Shown: piece by piece, positions 20,133 through 30,034 of the stretch
Layout of the letters: every line of letters begins with the position of its first letter
Position numbering within the stretch: the stretch's first letter is position 1
Assembly: GCA_000018565.1 (NCBI GenBank)
Contig: CP000875.1
Coordinates: 505,199 to 569,198, forward strand
DNA: 64,000 nt
Direction: 5' to 3'
Origin: Herpetosiphon aurantiacus DSM 785
Lineage (GTDB): Bacteria > Chloroflexota > Chloroflexia > Chloroflexales > Herpetosiphonaceae
Position numbers and translations under genes: made by a program
Notes under the pieces: model-generated
Seen by the model: only the letters and a program-made list of their open reading frames with translations
Told to the model about the DNA's origin: nothing
The model's database searches: none

Positions 20133-20941
20133 TTGTTCTACCGCTCAAATCGTTGCTTTTTGGAATTTTATTGCTACTGTGGCTGGTTGCCAGCTTTGCT
20201 TGGTGGCTTGGTCAGCGTGGCAAACGCCCCATTATCCAACATAGCGCCGATCCATTATTGCGCCAACAAATTGCTCAGCATCGCGCCTTTATTGGCACGC
20301 TTTCGCATGAATTACGCACACCATTAACCGCTCTTTTGGCGCATACCGCAATTGTGCACAACCAACAAAGCGAGCCAGCCGTGCGCGAACATTCGTTGCT
20401 CACCTTGGAGCGTGAAGCTCAACGTATGGCTCGCTTGGTACGCGATTTGTTGGAATTGCACCGTTTGGAATTAAGCGATGAATTGCCCTTGGTTCCGGTG
20501 AATGTGGCGTTGTTGGCCGAAGAAGCGATTGCCAGCGTGTGGGTGATGGCCGATGAAGCCCAAATTGAACTGCAATTCGAGGCTGACCCAACCCATCAGC
20601 GAGTTTTGGCGCATCCTGATCGCTTAAAACAAGTCTGGCTCAATTTGTTGATGAATTGTTTGCGCTATTGTCGTGCAGGCGATCTGGTGATTGTGCGGGT
20701 GCTGGCGAGTGAGCAAGGGTTACGTTGTAGCATTGAAGATAGTGGGCCTGGGATTGCTGCCACTGATTTGCCGCATGTGACCGAGCCACTCTATCGCGGG
20801 GTCTTGGATAACGAAGGCAGCGGCTTGGGCTTGAGCCTAGTCAAACAGATTTTGGCGCGGCATCATAGCACCCTCCAGATTGAAAGTAGCACCAACCCGC
20901 CAACTGGCACACATATATGGTGGATCTTGCCCTATGACTAA
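20129..20941 (+). CDS. Sensor histidine kinase
   Basis: N-terminal TM segment. H-box LSHELRTPLTAL. HATPase motifs (DSGPGI, GSGLGL). ATGA overlap with the response regulator. Confidence 0.9.
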   Translation: MIVLPLKSLLFGILLLLWLVASFAWWLGQRGKRPIIQHSADPLLRQQIAQHRAFIGTLSHELRTPLTALLAHTAIVHNQQSEPAVREHSLLTLEREAQRMARLVRDLLELHRLELSDELPLVPVNVALLAEEAIASVWVMADEAQIELQFEADPTHQRVLAHPDRLKQVWLNLLMNCLRYCRAGDLVIVRVLASEQGLRCSIEDSGPGIAATDLPHVTEPLYRGVLDNEGSGLGLSLVKQILARHHSTLQIESSTNPPTGTHIWWILPYD

Positions 20942-22337
20942 ATTGCGGTGGCTTAGCCTGCTCATTCTTGGTTCGATCATCTACTGGCTTTTGCCAATCG
21001 ACGGCAATTTAGTGCTTCAGACCAACCAACAAGCTGGTTGGCCCCAAATTTGGTTTGAACGCGATACCCAAGATCAACAATGGATTTATGTGCGCGATAA
21101 TCAGCCATGGGTTTATGTCGCTTTGACGCTTGATGGCACGAGTTTACAGCGTGATCAGCAATTTGCGGCTGGTAGTGAGCCATGGACTTGGCGTTGGAGC
21201 AGCACTAGCAATACTTTAACCCAAGCCGATATTCGCTTTTATCACGATTGCGATCGTGGTTGCCAAGAACGTGGCAGTCTGATGATTGGTCAGCCTGAGC
21301 CAACCGCTACTCCGCGCCAAAGTAGCCTGCTTGGCGCAATGTTTGCCAACCCCGATCGCGATTGGCATGGTCGGGCGGCGTGGTCGGTAGATTTGGTGTA
21401 TGCGCTGCGAGCCGATGAGAGCCAATGGAGTGTTGATGCCCTAGCTTCGCGGGTGGCGGCGGCACATAAGGCTGGATTGCGGGTGATTATCCGCGTTGCC
21501 TATGATCAAGGCCAAAGTTTGCCACCAAATAATGATGAAACGGCCTTGGCGATCTTTTTGCGCTTTTGCCAGCGCTTGGCCCACGATCAACGTTTGCAGG
21601 CAGTCTATGGTTATAGCATTGGCAATGGTTACAATAGCTTGGGTGAAAATAGCCTCAGCCAAGAACCGCTGACTCCTGCGTGGGTAGCACGAATCTTAGT
21701 TGGGTATGGCGTTGCAACCGAACGCCACGATAATGTGATTGAAACCATGCGCGGTTTGAATCCCCAATTGAAACTGCTGGTTGGGCCAGTGCGGCCTTGG
21801 AGCAACGAGGCAGATGGCGCTTGGGCCGACCCGTTGAATCAGCCATGGCTTAATTATTTTAATAGTTTATTGGTCTTGCTTGATCAAACGATTCGGAGCA
21901 AGCATCAACAGCAAATTAATGTTGCCCCCGATGGCTTTGCGCTGAGTACGGCTGGTTGGCCTGAGCGTAGTGCCGATCCCGCTCAAGAGCCATTGAATGA
22001 TCTGTATTTGAGTCAATCTGGCAAGGCCCAACGTGGTTTTCGAGTCTATCGCGATTGGCTGACGATTATCAATCGCTACCCGAGCACCGCCAATCGTCCG
22101 GTTTATATCACCGCCACCAATACATTTCACCCAGAGCAAGCACGCACGCCGCTGGAAAATTACCCCAAAGGTTGGCTCAGCAATGCCTTGGCTGAAGTCA
22201 GCAGCAACCCACAGGTGCAAGCCTTATGTTGGTTTGTTGATCAGCCGTTTGGTCAACAATGGTACGAATGGAGCCTGAGCGAACCTCAAGGCAAACTGCA
22301 TGAAGCCGCTCAGGAGTTTGATCAACTGTTGCGCTAG
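20934..22337 (+). CDS. Signal-anchored secreted hypothetical protein (possibly a TIM-barrel glycosyl-hydrolase-like fold)
   Basis: N-terminal TM/signal LRWLSLLILGSIIYWLLP. The ORF closes a large gap. No conserved motif I can name. Confidence 0.5.
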   Translation: MTKLRWLSLLILGSIIYWLLPIDGNLVLQTNQQAGWPQIWFERDTQDQQWIYVRDNQPWVYVALTLDGTSLQRDQQFAAGSEPWTWRWSSTSNTLTQADIRFYHDCDRGCQERGSLMIGQPEPTATPRQSSLLGAMFANPDRDWHGRAAWSVDLVYALRADESQWSVDALASRVAAAHKAGLRVIIRVAYDQGQSLPPNNDETALAIFLRFCQRLAHDQRLQAVYGYSIGNGYNSLGENSLSQEPLTPAWVARILVGYGVATERHDNVIETMRGLNPQLKLLVGPVRPWSNEADGAWADPLNQPWLNYFNSLLVLLDQTIRSKHQQQINVAPDGFALSTAGWPERSADPAQEPLNDLYLSQSGKAQRGFRVYRDWLTIINRYPSTANRPVYITATNTFHPEQARTPLENYPKGWLSNALAEVSSNPQVQALCWFVDQPFGQQWYEWSLSEPQGKLHEAAQEFDQLLR

Positions 22338-22795
22338 GGTTGTGGCTCGATGCTGATCTGCGTTAGTACCGAGTTAGCAATAAAGCATTGCTCATGGGCT
22401 TGATGATGAAATTGCTCAATTTGTTCGCTGCTAGGAGCTGGTTCGGCCCAAATGATGTTTGGGCGGAGCGTAACTTTGGTCATGGCGATTTTGCCAGTGC
22501 TATTTTTGCCCATTTTGCCGCTGGCCTGATCCTGATAGTGCTCGACGACCAAGCCAGCCTCGGCCACAATTGATAAAAACCATAACATATGACAGCTTGA
22601 TAGGGCGGCGATAAATGCTTCCTCTGGATCAACCGCTTGCTCGTCGGAATAGGGCAATGGCACGACGTGCGGTGATGACGAGCCTTTTACAACTTGACCA
22701 CCATCAAAAATCCAACGATGAGCGCGGCTATACTTGCCATCGCTAAATGTTGCCGCTTGCCGTTCCCATTCAATCGTTACCGTGTATTTAGCCAT
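22334..22795 (-). CDS. OsmC/Ohr family peroxiredoxin-like protein
   Basis: Length (153 aa) and the conserved AALSSCHMLWF region typical of the OsmC family. Confidence 0.7.
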   Translation of the reverse strand: MAKYTVTIEWERQAATFSDGKYSRAHRWIFDGGQVVKGSSSPHVVPLPYSDEQAVDPEEAFIAALSSCHMLWFLSIVAEAGLVVEHYQDQASGKMGKNSTGKIAMTKVTLRPNIIWAEPAPSSEQIEQFHHQAHEQCFIANSVLTQISIEPQP

Positions 22796-22814
22796 ACGTT
22801 ACTCCTGAACTCTT

Positions 22815-22980
22815 GATAAGGATGAAGGATGAATTATGTGAAACCGCAAAGATCGCGAAACTTAGCTCCATGATTGCTTAACGATATTCCAAGCTGCCAA
22901 CGAACCTAACATTCGTGTCCTTCGTGTCCTTCGTGGTTAACAATGATCTTCATCCCTCATCCTTCATAATTCATCCTTTG
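22815..22980. repeat. MITE-like unit: imperfect inverted repeats (aaggatgaaggatgaattatg / cataattcatccttcatcc) flanking about 110 bp that contains a TTCGTG 9-mer triplet (22912..22936)
   Basis: Both arms read from the sequence. The inner triplet is ttcgtgtccttcgtgtccttcgtgg. Confidence 0.55.
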
Positions 22981-23078
22981 GTTTTTCCCCCACATGGTTA
23001 CCCTATCGCGGCCATTGTGGAATGTTAATAACTCTGGTACTGTTTTTAATAACGCTTTTATTTTGGAGATGCTGGCAT

Positions 23079-24017
23079 ATGTCCTTAGGATCAGGATCAC
23101 AGCTGAACAATGCTGAACGAACCGAGACATTGCAAGAGCTTGGGCTGCTTGATGTTTCTTTCGACCCAGCTTTTGATCGTTTGACCCGCTTAGCAAGCAA
23201 GGTTTTGCAAGCACCAGTGTCGTTACTTTCGCTCGTTGAACATCATCGGCAATATTTTAAAAGCCATATTGGGTTGGCTGAGCCATGGGCCGAGCGCCGC
23301 GAAACCCCATTAACCCATTCGTTTTGCCAACATGTGGTCAGCAATGGTCAAGAATTAATTGTGACCGATGCCCGCGAACATCCCTTAGTTCACGATAATT
23401 TGGCTATCCCCGATTTGGGCGTGATTAGCTATGCAGGTATGCCGATTCGCAGCGGTGGCCATGTACTTGGCTCGTTCTGTGTGATCGATGGCAAGCCCCG
23501 GGTTTGGACGGCTGATGAACTGGATATTCTGCATGAATTTGCTGAATTGTTGATGACCGAACTCAAACTACGCCAAGAAATTCGTATCCACCAACAGGAT
23601 ATTCGCGAGCGGGAGCGCTTGCAAAACGAGTTGATCGGCTTGCAACAAGCCTTGCTCGATGAGCTTTCAACCCCGCTGATTCCTTTAAATGATCAGGTAT
23701 TGGTCGTTCCATTGATTGGAGCGCTCGATCAGCAGCGTGCGCAACGGATGACCGAGGCGCTATTAACTGGTGTCGGTAAATATCGCGCTGATTTTGTGAT
23801 TCTCGATATTACTGGTGTGCCCGTGCTCGATACCTATGTGGCATCGTTGTTGGTGCAAACCTCGCAAGCAATTCAACTGCTCGGTGCGCGAATGGTATTA
23901 ACGGGTTTGCGCCCCGAAATTGCCCAAACCATCGTCAGCGTTGGCCTCGATTTGCGTAGCGTTGTGACCTATAGCACGCTGCAACAGGGCATCGAATATA
24001 CCTTTCGGCGTAAATAA
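23079..24017 (+). CDS. GAF domain plus STAS (anti-sigma-factor-antagonist-like) domain protein
   Basis: N-terminal GAF-like region. C-terminal LIPLNDQVLVVPLIGALDQQRAQRM...VILDITGV is STAS-like. Confidence 0.65.
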   Translation: MSLGSGSQLNNAERTETLQELGLLDVSFDPAFDRLTRLASKVLQAPVSLLSLVEHHRQYFKSHIGLAEPWAERRETPLTHSFCQHVVSNGQELIVTDAREHPLVHDNLAIPDLGVISYAGMPIRSGGHVLGSFCVIDGKPRVWTADELDILHEFAELLMTELKLRQEIRIHQQDIRERERLQNELIGLQQALLDELSTPLIPLNDQVLVVPLIGALDQQRAQRMTEALLTGVGKYRADFVILDITGVPVLDTYVASLLVQTSQAIQLLGARMVLTGLRPEIAQTIVSVGLDLRSVVTYSTLQQGIEYTFRRK

Positions 24018-24022
24018 GTTTG

Positions 24023-24049
24023 TTATTTTTACAATGGCGGAGTTTAACG
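24023..24049. terminator. Hairpin (aatggcggag/ctccgccatt) between convergent genes
   Basis: 10-bp perfect stem. Weak U-tract. Confidence 0.4.
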
Positions 24050-24065
24050 CTCCGCCATTTCGCAC

Positions 24066-25646
24066 TTAAGCAGTTTTGCGCTTGAATTTGCGTTGCAATG
24101 CTGCACCGAAAAATTGCAGCGCATCAAGTTTGAGACACCACAATAAGCCCAAATAGATCAAGCTACTGCCGCCGCCTGCCACGAGCAATAACACAAGCGC
24201 ATTGAATTTGCTTGGCGTTGTCGGCAACAATTGTAGAATGCCCCAACAACTAGCGGCCATTACCAAGGCAGCGCTGGCAATTTTCGCGCTCGCTTGGAGC
24301 ATGGCCTGACCATCAAACACCCGCAAACGCCGATGGGCAACCACCGCCATCACCAAGGCATGAACGGTTAATTGCGCCACATTGCCAGCAATCAAGCCAT
24401 ACATCCCCCAAGCGCGATAGCTCAAACCAGCTACCAAAAAATAGCTAGCAATTGCTGGTGCTTGCACTAAATTGGGCAACAAGGTGTGTTTACGGGCATA
24501 AAAGGCGAAAATTAACGGCTGATCGATTGCGGCGGCCAGCATGCTTGGCAAATAAGCCAATAATACCAAGGCGGTGATCCGCGTGTTTTCGGCGGTAAAT
24601 TTGCCACCTTCAAACAAAATTCGTACCACTGATTCGCCAAGCAAGCCAAAAATCACCAACATTGGCACAATTAAGAGCAGCACCACTTTTAACCCAATGC
24701 CCAAAATGCGCCGAAAACCAGCCTCATCGCCATCGCTGTTGAGCCGCGATAAGGTTGGCAAAATCGCAATCGAGATTGCCGCTGCCACCAAGCCCAGCGC
24801 AAATTGAATAAAGGTCGTGGCGCTACGCATATAGGCCGCCGATTGTTGATCGATGCTGCCTGCAAGCTGACGATCGATCAGCGTTCCCACAAATGAAAAG
24901 CTAATGCCAAGCGCAACTGGTGCATACAGCAAGCCAATTCGTCGCACGCCTGGATGCCGCCAGCGCAACATCGGGCGTAGCCGCGCACCGCGTAGGGCTG
25001 GCAGTTGTAGGGTTACTTGGGCCAATGCCCCTGCGACCATGGCCCAACCCAATACCCGCGCATCCTGCGGCCAAAACCAAATCAGCACAATCAAGGCCAA
25101 ATTAAAGACCGTTGAGGTAAACGCTGGTAATGAGAAGCGGCGTTGCGCTTGTAATAAGCCTGTCAGCACGCCCGACAAACACATAAAAACCACCGCAATC
25201 ACCATCGAGTGCAGCATTGATACGCCAAGACTGAGCATGGTTGGGCTGGCCACGATTTTGGCAGCTAGCACCTGATTGATCGGCTCGGCAAAGATCCAGA
25301 CCAAGCCACCAAGCAGGCCAAGCACCAGCGCCAGCATGGTCAAAATGGTGTTGATAATCTGCCAAAGATCGCCATCATCGTGCTGATCGATGTAATCAGT
25401 TAGGACTGGAACCAGCGCCGCGCTGACCAAACCGCCAACCAAAAAATCGTAGAGTTGGGTTGGTACAGCACTGAGCAACGAGTAGAGGCTGGTTTCGGCT
25501 CCCACCCCAAAATTGTGGTTAATAACTTTATCGCGGACAAGGCCAAGAATGCGGCTGGCAAAATTGCCAACCATTAATAACAAAGCGGCTAGCGCGATAC
25601 TGCGGCCAGCCGTTGTTTGGGTTTTCGTTTCAAGTTTGGTGTTCAT
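24066..25646 (-). CDS. murJ: Lipid II flippase MurJ (MviN)
   Basis: 14-TM protein of the MOP superfamily. N-terminal FASRILGLVRDKVI is typical of MurJ. Confidence 0.85.
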   Translation of the reverse strand: MNTKLETKTQTTAGRSIALAALLLMVGNFASRILGLVRDKVINHNFGVGAETSLYSLLSAVPTQLYDFLVGGLVSAALVPVLTDYIDQHDDGDLWQIINTILTMLALVLGLLGGLVWIFAEPINQVLAAKIVASPTMLSLGVSMLHSMVIAVVFMCLSGVLTGLLQAQRRFSLPAFTSTVFNLALIVLIWFWPQDARVLGWAMVAGALAQVTLQLPALRGARLRPMLRWRHPGVRRIGLLYAPVALGISFSFVGTLIDRQLAGSIDQQSAAYMRSATTFIQFALGLVAAAISIAILPTLSRLNSDGDEAGFRRILGIGLKVVLLLIVPMLVIFGLLGESVVRILFEGGKFTAENTRITALVLLAYLPSMLAAAIDQPLIFAFYARKHTLLPNLVQAPAIASYFLVAGLSYRAWGMYGLIAGNVAQLTVHALVMAVVAHRRLRVFDGQAMLQASAKIASAALVMAASCWGILQLLPTTPSKFNALVLLLVAGGGSSLIYLGLLWCLKLDALQFFGAALQRKFKRKTA

Positions 25647-26359
25647 GCAAAAAGTGTCGTTTCTGGCTGATCGTTCAATCCGAACGAAGGATACACGCGA
25701 TGGAGATAGACCGTATTAAACCAATCGGCTTGGTCAAGGAATTGTTGCCAATCGTGGCGCTGGGTTGCGTGGGCTTCCAAAGCCGCCCGTTTGGTATCGG
25801 CATACTCGCTCACATCGATAATTGTGGTGGCTGGCAATGGGTCGGGATATTCATTGCTGCTGGCGGCGTTGACTGAGCGCGGGCTATTTGGGGCAACGCT
25901 TTGATAATACAAGCGCGGCTGCTCAATCGTTGGGTGCAAAGCCAAATATTGGGCAAAAGCTTGGGTTGTGGCCATACTAATCGCAATATGGTCGGGGTGA
26001 CCATAAATTCCATCAGGCCCAAAGGTCAGCACGATGGCTGGTTGCTCAGCATTCAACACTTCTACAATCTTATCGCGCAACTCGGTGGCGTTGGCCAACG
26101 CTAAACCACCATCGGGATAATCCCAGACGATGCTTCGATCAACCCCAATTGCTTGGCAGGCTTGATGCAGTTCTTCCAAACGCACTGATCCTAAGTTCTC
26201 AGGATTGATTGCTAGTTCAGGGCTAATTTGGCCTAGTTCGCCATGGGTTGCGGTAATAATGACCGTGCGATAGCCAGCAGCATGGGCTTGGGCCAGCACC
26301 CCAACAGGGCCAAATGCTTCATCATCGGGGTGCGCCCAAACAGAGAGGATGGTTGGCAT
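25643..26359 (-). CDS. PIG-L/LmbE family N-acetylglucosaminyl deacetylase
   Basis: N-terminal AHPDDE motif, then HxDH later in the protein. Confidence 0.8.
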   Translation of the reverse strand: MPTILSVWAHPDDEAFGPVGVLAQAHAAGYRTVIITATHGELGQISPELAINPENLGSVRLEELHQACQAIGVDRSIVWDYPDGGLALANATELRDKIVEVLNAEQPAIVLTFGPDGIYGHPDHIAISMATTQAFAQYLALHPTIEQPRLYYQSVAPNSPRSVNAASSNEYPDPLPATTIIDVSEYADTKRAALEAHATQRHDWQQFLDQADWFNTVYLHRVYPSFGLNDQPETTLFA

Positions 26360-26375
26360 GGTTGCGGTTCCTCGG

Positions 26376-27050
26376 CTAAACAGGCTCGATCAAATGCAGA
26401 TCAAACACGCGTAGGAAAATTCGAATAAGCCGTTGTTGCACATCGTTGAAGGCTGGCACAACGGGCAATAATTCGGCCAACGAGGTTACGCCATAATCGT
26501 GAATACCACAGGGCACGATTGCGGTAAAATCAGCCAAGTTGGTGGTGACATTCAAGGCAAAGCCATGCGACGTAACGCCACGGGTATTCGAGCGCACCCC
26601 AATCGCGGCAATTTTGCGGTCGCCCACCCATACGCCAGTATAACCAGGAAAGCGTCGCGCACTTAGCCCATATTCAGCCAGCAGTTCGATGATCACTGCT
26701 TCGAGCATGCGCAAGTATTGATGCAAATCGCGGCCATGATCGCGAATTTGCAAAATGGGGTAGCCGACTAGCTGGCCTGGCCCATGGTAGGTAATATCGC
26801 CCCCGCGATCAACTTCGATCAAGGCTGCGCCACGTTGTTGCAGGGTTTCGGGGCTGACCAAAAGATGCTCATAGCCGCCCGAGCGCCCAATCGTGTAAGT
26901 GGCAGGATGCTCCAACAATACCAAGGTATCGGGAATCGTTTCAGCGCTGCGTTGGCTGACTAATTCGCGTTGCAATTCCCAAGCGGCGTTGTAATCGAGC
27001 ATCCCAAGGATTTGCACCTTTAATAAACGTTGGGTTTGCTGGATTGTCAT
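26376..27050 (-). CDS. lipB: Lipoyl(octanoyl) transferase LipB
   Basis: Length (224 aa) and the conserved region ITYHGPGQLV..., consistent with LipB. Confidence 0.85.
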   Translation of the reverse strand: MTIQQTQRLLKVQILGMLDYNAAWELQRELVSQRSAETIPDTLVLLEHPATYTIGRSGGYEHLLVSPETLQQRGAALIEVDRGGDITYHGPGQLVGYPILQIRDHGRDLHQYLRMLEAVIIELLAEYGLSARRFPGYTGVWVGDRKIAAIGVRSNTRGVTSHGFALNVTTNLADFTAIVPCGIHDYGVTSLAELLPVVPAFNDVQQRLIRIFLRVFDLHLIEPV

Positions 27051-27481
27051 AGTGGCATCAAGCTAATCATCTCGCCGCCGAAGGGTGAGGCTTGGGTCAA
27101 GCGACTGCCATAACTGGCGGGTTGGCTATCAGCCCAATCGACATAATCAGCGTTGTATTGACCATTAAAATAGACATGCACCACTTGGTTATGAGTCACA
27201 CGGCTCATTGCATCCCAGACTTCGTTATCATCGTGCGAATGGGCCACTAACATCGCTCGCTCAGGCATAAACTCATCTTCTTCAGGTGGAATGACTAAAC
27301 CGAGCCATTGATTGGGATATTGAGCTTCGATGATTTCGATTGTTTCGGTGCGCCCACGACTTTCCATCGCGGTATATGGGCAGCCACAATTACAACTCAC
27401 GCCACATTCAGCAGTGCCACATTTGCCGGTAGACACCCGCCCGCCATGGTCGGCAGTGGTTAATTGAATCAAAACAGGCAT
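27047..27481 (-). CDS. Hypothetical protein with an N-terminal Cys cluster (CGTAECGVSCNCGCPY), translationally coupled to lipB
   Basis: ATGA overlap with lipB. No recognisable family. Confidence 0.5.
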   Translation of the reverse strand: MPVLIQLTTADHGGRVSTGKCGTAECGVSCNCGCPYTAMESRGRTETIEIIEAQYPNQWLGLVIPPEEDEFMPERAMLVAHSHDDNEVWDAMSRVTHNQVVHVYFNGQYNADYVDWADSQPASYGSRLTQASPFGGEMISLMPL

Positions 27482-27617
27482 AGCTTAAACTCACAATTTG
27501 AGAACAAACGCTCAGCCAGCATGATAGCACAATCGGGTTATTCTGGCCCAAATCGCTAGCAATTGATGAATTTCTGCTATACTAGCACGCTAGCTACGAC
27601 AACAGAAAGGTTGATCT

Positions 27618-28733
27618 ATGGTTGGACGTGAACTTTATCGGTTGTTGCAATGCCCAACGTGTAACTCACGGGATTTGGCGGTCTATGCTGAGCATGTCTT
27701 ATGTGCTGGCTGCCGCAATCAATATCCCATTCACAAGGGCTATATTGATTTAATGCCGCGACAAACCGAATTTGATTATATTTCAAAATATGTTTCCGAA
27801 GAAGAAAGCATGGGCGAGGAGCTTGATTATCGTGAGATGGCTCCCCCATTATTGGCAGCAGGCGTGCGTCATCGCCAAATTCGGCGCATGCTCGAGCTTA
27901 AGCCAACCGATATTGTGTTTGATAATGCCTGTGGCAATGGTCGTTTTGGCTTATGGAACGCCGATGCCGTTGGCTTGCTGGTTGGCAGCGATCCAGCGGT
28001 GCTGTTCGCCGACCAAGCTTTAGCCGAGATGGAATTGGCGCAAGCTGATTCGCGGCGTTTGCCATTTGTCGATGGCGCGTTCGATAAATCGCTCTCGGTC
28101 GATGTGCTCGAACACTTTCCCCGCGATGTCATCCACGATTATTTGGTCGAGACGGCGCGGGTCTTGAAAGTTGGCGGACGGGTGGCGATCTTCTCGAATA
28201 CCCGTGAAATGTCGCCAATTCAGCCAATTATCAATATCTCCAAGCGCTTGGGCAAATTCTTTGTCAAGCAAGGGGTCTACGATTTCGAGCGCGAAGCACG
28301 ACGTAAATCCGACCACATCAAAGATCTCAAAACCTGGGACGATGTTGAGGCGGCTTTGGTAGAAGCAGGCTTGAAGCCTGTCAAAGTCGTATTTTGGAAT
28401 AGCGTGTTTACCTCGTTTGTTGAGCATGTGCTGATGAAACTGGGTGAATCGTTGATTGCCAAGCGTAAAACTGCCAAAGCTGCCAGCGCAACCGTGTTGA
28501 CCGACGAGGCCGTGAACGCTTCGGCTGGTGCACAGCGCGAAATTGTCGCTCGCCGCGCGATGCGTCGCCACCTTACCCCAACTTCGCCAATTTACTGGGC
28601 ACTCTATACCATCACGTTACTGATGGAATTAGATTTGTGGTTGTTTGGCTGGATGCGCACTGGCCCCTATTTTGTGCTGGCTGAGAAGGTCGAAGGCCGT
28701 TATGTGCCAGCGCCCTTACCCGCCGAAGAGTAA
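27618..28733 (+). CDS. Class I SAM-dependent methyltransferase with an N-terminal Trm112-like zinc ribbon and a C-terminal membrane segment
   Basis: CPTCNS...CAGC ribbon. SAM motif VFDNACGNGRFG. C-terminal hydrophobic helix. Confidence 0.75.
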   Translation: MVGRELYRLLQCPTCNSRDLAVYAEHVLCAGCRNQYPIHKGYIDLMPRQTEFDYISKYVSEEESMGEELDYREMAPPLLAAGVRHRQIRRMLELKPTDIVFDNACGNGRFGLWNADAVGLLVGSDPAVLFADQALAEMELAQADSRRLPFVDGAFDKSLSVDVLEHFPRDVIHDYLVETARVLKVGGRVAIFSNTREMSPIQPIINISKRLGKFFVKQGVYDFEREARRKSDHIKDLKTWDDVEAALVEAGLKPVKVVFWNSVFTSFVEHVLMKLGESLIAKRKTAKAASATVLTDEAVNASAGAQREIVARRAMRRHLTPTSPIYWALYTITLLMELDLWLFGWMRTGPYFVLAEKVEGRYVPAPLPAEE

Positions 28734-29256
28734 AATTCAGCCCTGCTGCTCAGTCGAGTAGCAGGGCTTTTTTATTTTGTGCCTTTATTTATCTTCTTGT
28801 AGGTATGGGTATTTCAGGTTTACAAATGAACACAACCATGTATTTTAGAATATATAAGTATGTATTTTATGTGAATTGATTTATTAAATTTAGATCTTAT
28901 AAATTATCAAAGCTTTACTATTATGCCTAAAATGTATATTGCATAATAAAGAGATATATGCTCTCATCTGTTTTGAGAGATATTCAACCGTGCTTCTTCT
29001 CTATCCTATCTCACAATTAATTCTAAATATACAGTGATATAGCTATCCTAGCATATGTTGCTTTACATTAGATCTAAGAACTCTCTATTTTGTATTTAAT
29101 TATTTTTAATGATTAAATATTTTTCTTCGTTAGATTATATATTTTATAACTCGATTTAAATAATAATTTCATTAAATATCATATCTTTTTAATACGTGTA
29201 ATATTAAAAAGAGTGATGCTATGATTTTTCGCCATTCTTGTAAAGGAGAGATTTCC
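28734..29256. other. About 520-bp AT-rich (roughly 25% GC) non-coding region opening a low-GC island
   Basis: Composition very unlike the flanking DNA (about 50% GC). No ORF longer than 60 aa. Confidence 0.8.
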
Positions 29257-29937
29257 ATGTTCAAAAAACTCAGCCTGATCGCATCAGTGGTACTTATGCT
29301 CATTGTGACACAATTTACGCCAGTCGAAGCACAAGAGCAATCACGCCAAATGGTTTTGGTGGCGGTTGATGTAAGTGCTATGTGTAGCGAATCGATTGAT
29401 TCCGCCAAGAATCATCCATGCGAAAAGGGAAGCAGTATCAGTGTCTATAGCATGCCTCTAGAGGACGCACAAAAACAAGGATACGGCGAATATGTCTTTA
29501 TTACCGGGGATACTACGTTGGATCGGCTTGCTTCTAAACAACTTGCTGATACACTCCATTTACAACTTACCAATGATAAACAAAAAGCTCCTGCTAATAC
29601 CCAAGCTTGTGGATCATATTATAAGAGTATTTCGCGCTCATTTACCATGGGCGGAGGGGTCTACAAACTTGATACATCGGTTCAGTACAAAGTTAATCCT
29701 ACTTGCCAAGTATCAGAAGAAACATATCGTGTAAAAACCTCAAAGACCCACTATGAATTACTTACATGGTCGATCAATTTCCCCAATGTCAATGTTTATA
29801 ATTCAATCCAATCTCAGCCAGGTTTAACCTGGACATCATATGCCTATAATGTTTGGATGAACTCAGGATTCCAACTTTCTGCCGAAACGTATTTTCCTGG
29901 GGAAACACACTGGGAATATTATACGTTGTACCAATAG
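29257..29937 (+). CDS. Secreted hypothetical protein (signal peptide MFKKLSLIASVVLMLIVTQFTPVEA), low-GC gene
   Basis: RBS aaggagag. About 41% GC. Cys-containing secreted protein with no recognised domain. Confidence 0.6.
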   Translation: MFKKLSLIASVVLMLIVTQFTPVEAQEQSRQMVLVAVDVSAMCSESIDSAKNHPCEKGSSISVYSMPLEDAQKQGYGEYVFITGDTTLDRLASKQLADTLHLQLTNDKQKAPANTQACGSYYKSISRSFTMGGGVYKLDTSVQYKVNPTCQVSEETYRVKTSKTHYELLTWSINFPNVNVYNSIQSQPGLTWTSYAYNVWMNSGFQLSAETYFPGETHWEYYTLYQ

Positions 29938-30034
29938 ATCCAAGAATATAAATTACCACTTGTAAGTAATGTCGATCATCCCTCGTGGTGAACACATCAA
30001 TCAAAGCCCGAGGGATGATCAAAGAAAGTAGGTT

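Noticed and set aside
28734-29256. Whether the AT-rich tract could be a replication origin or CRISPR leader
   Set aside because: No DnaA boxes (TTATCCACA), no direct repeat array, and no adjacent dnaA/cas genes.
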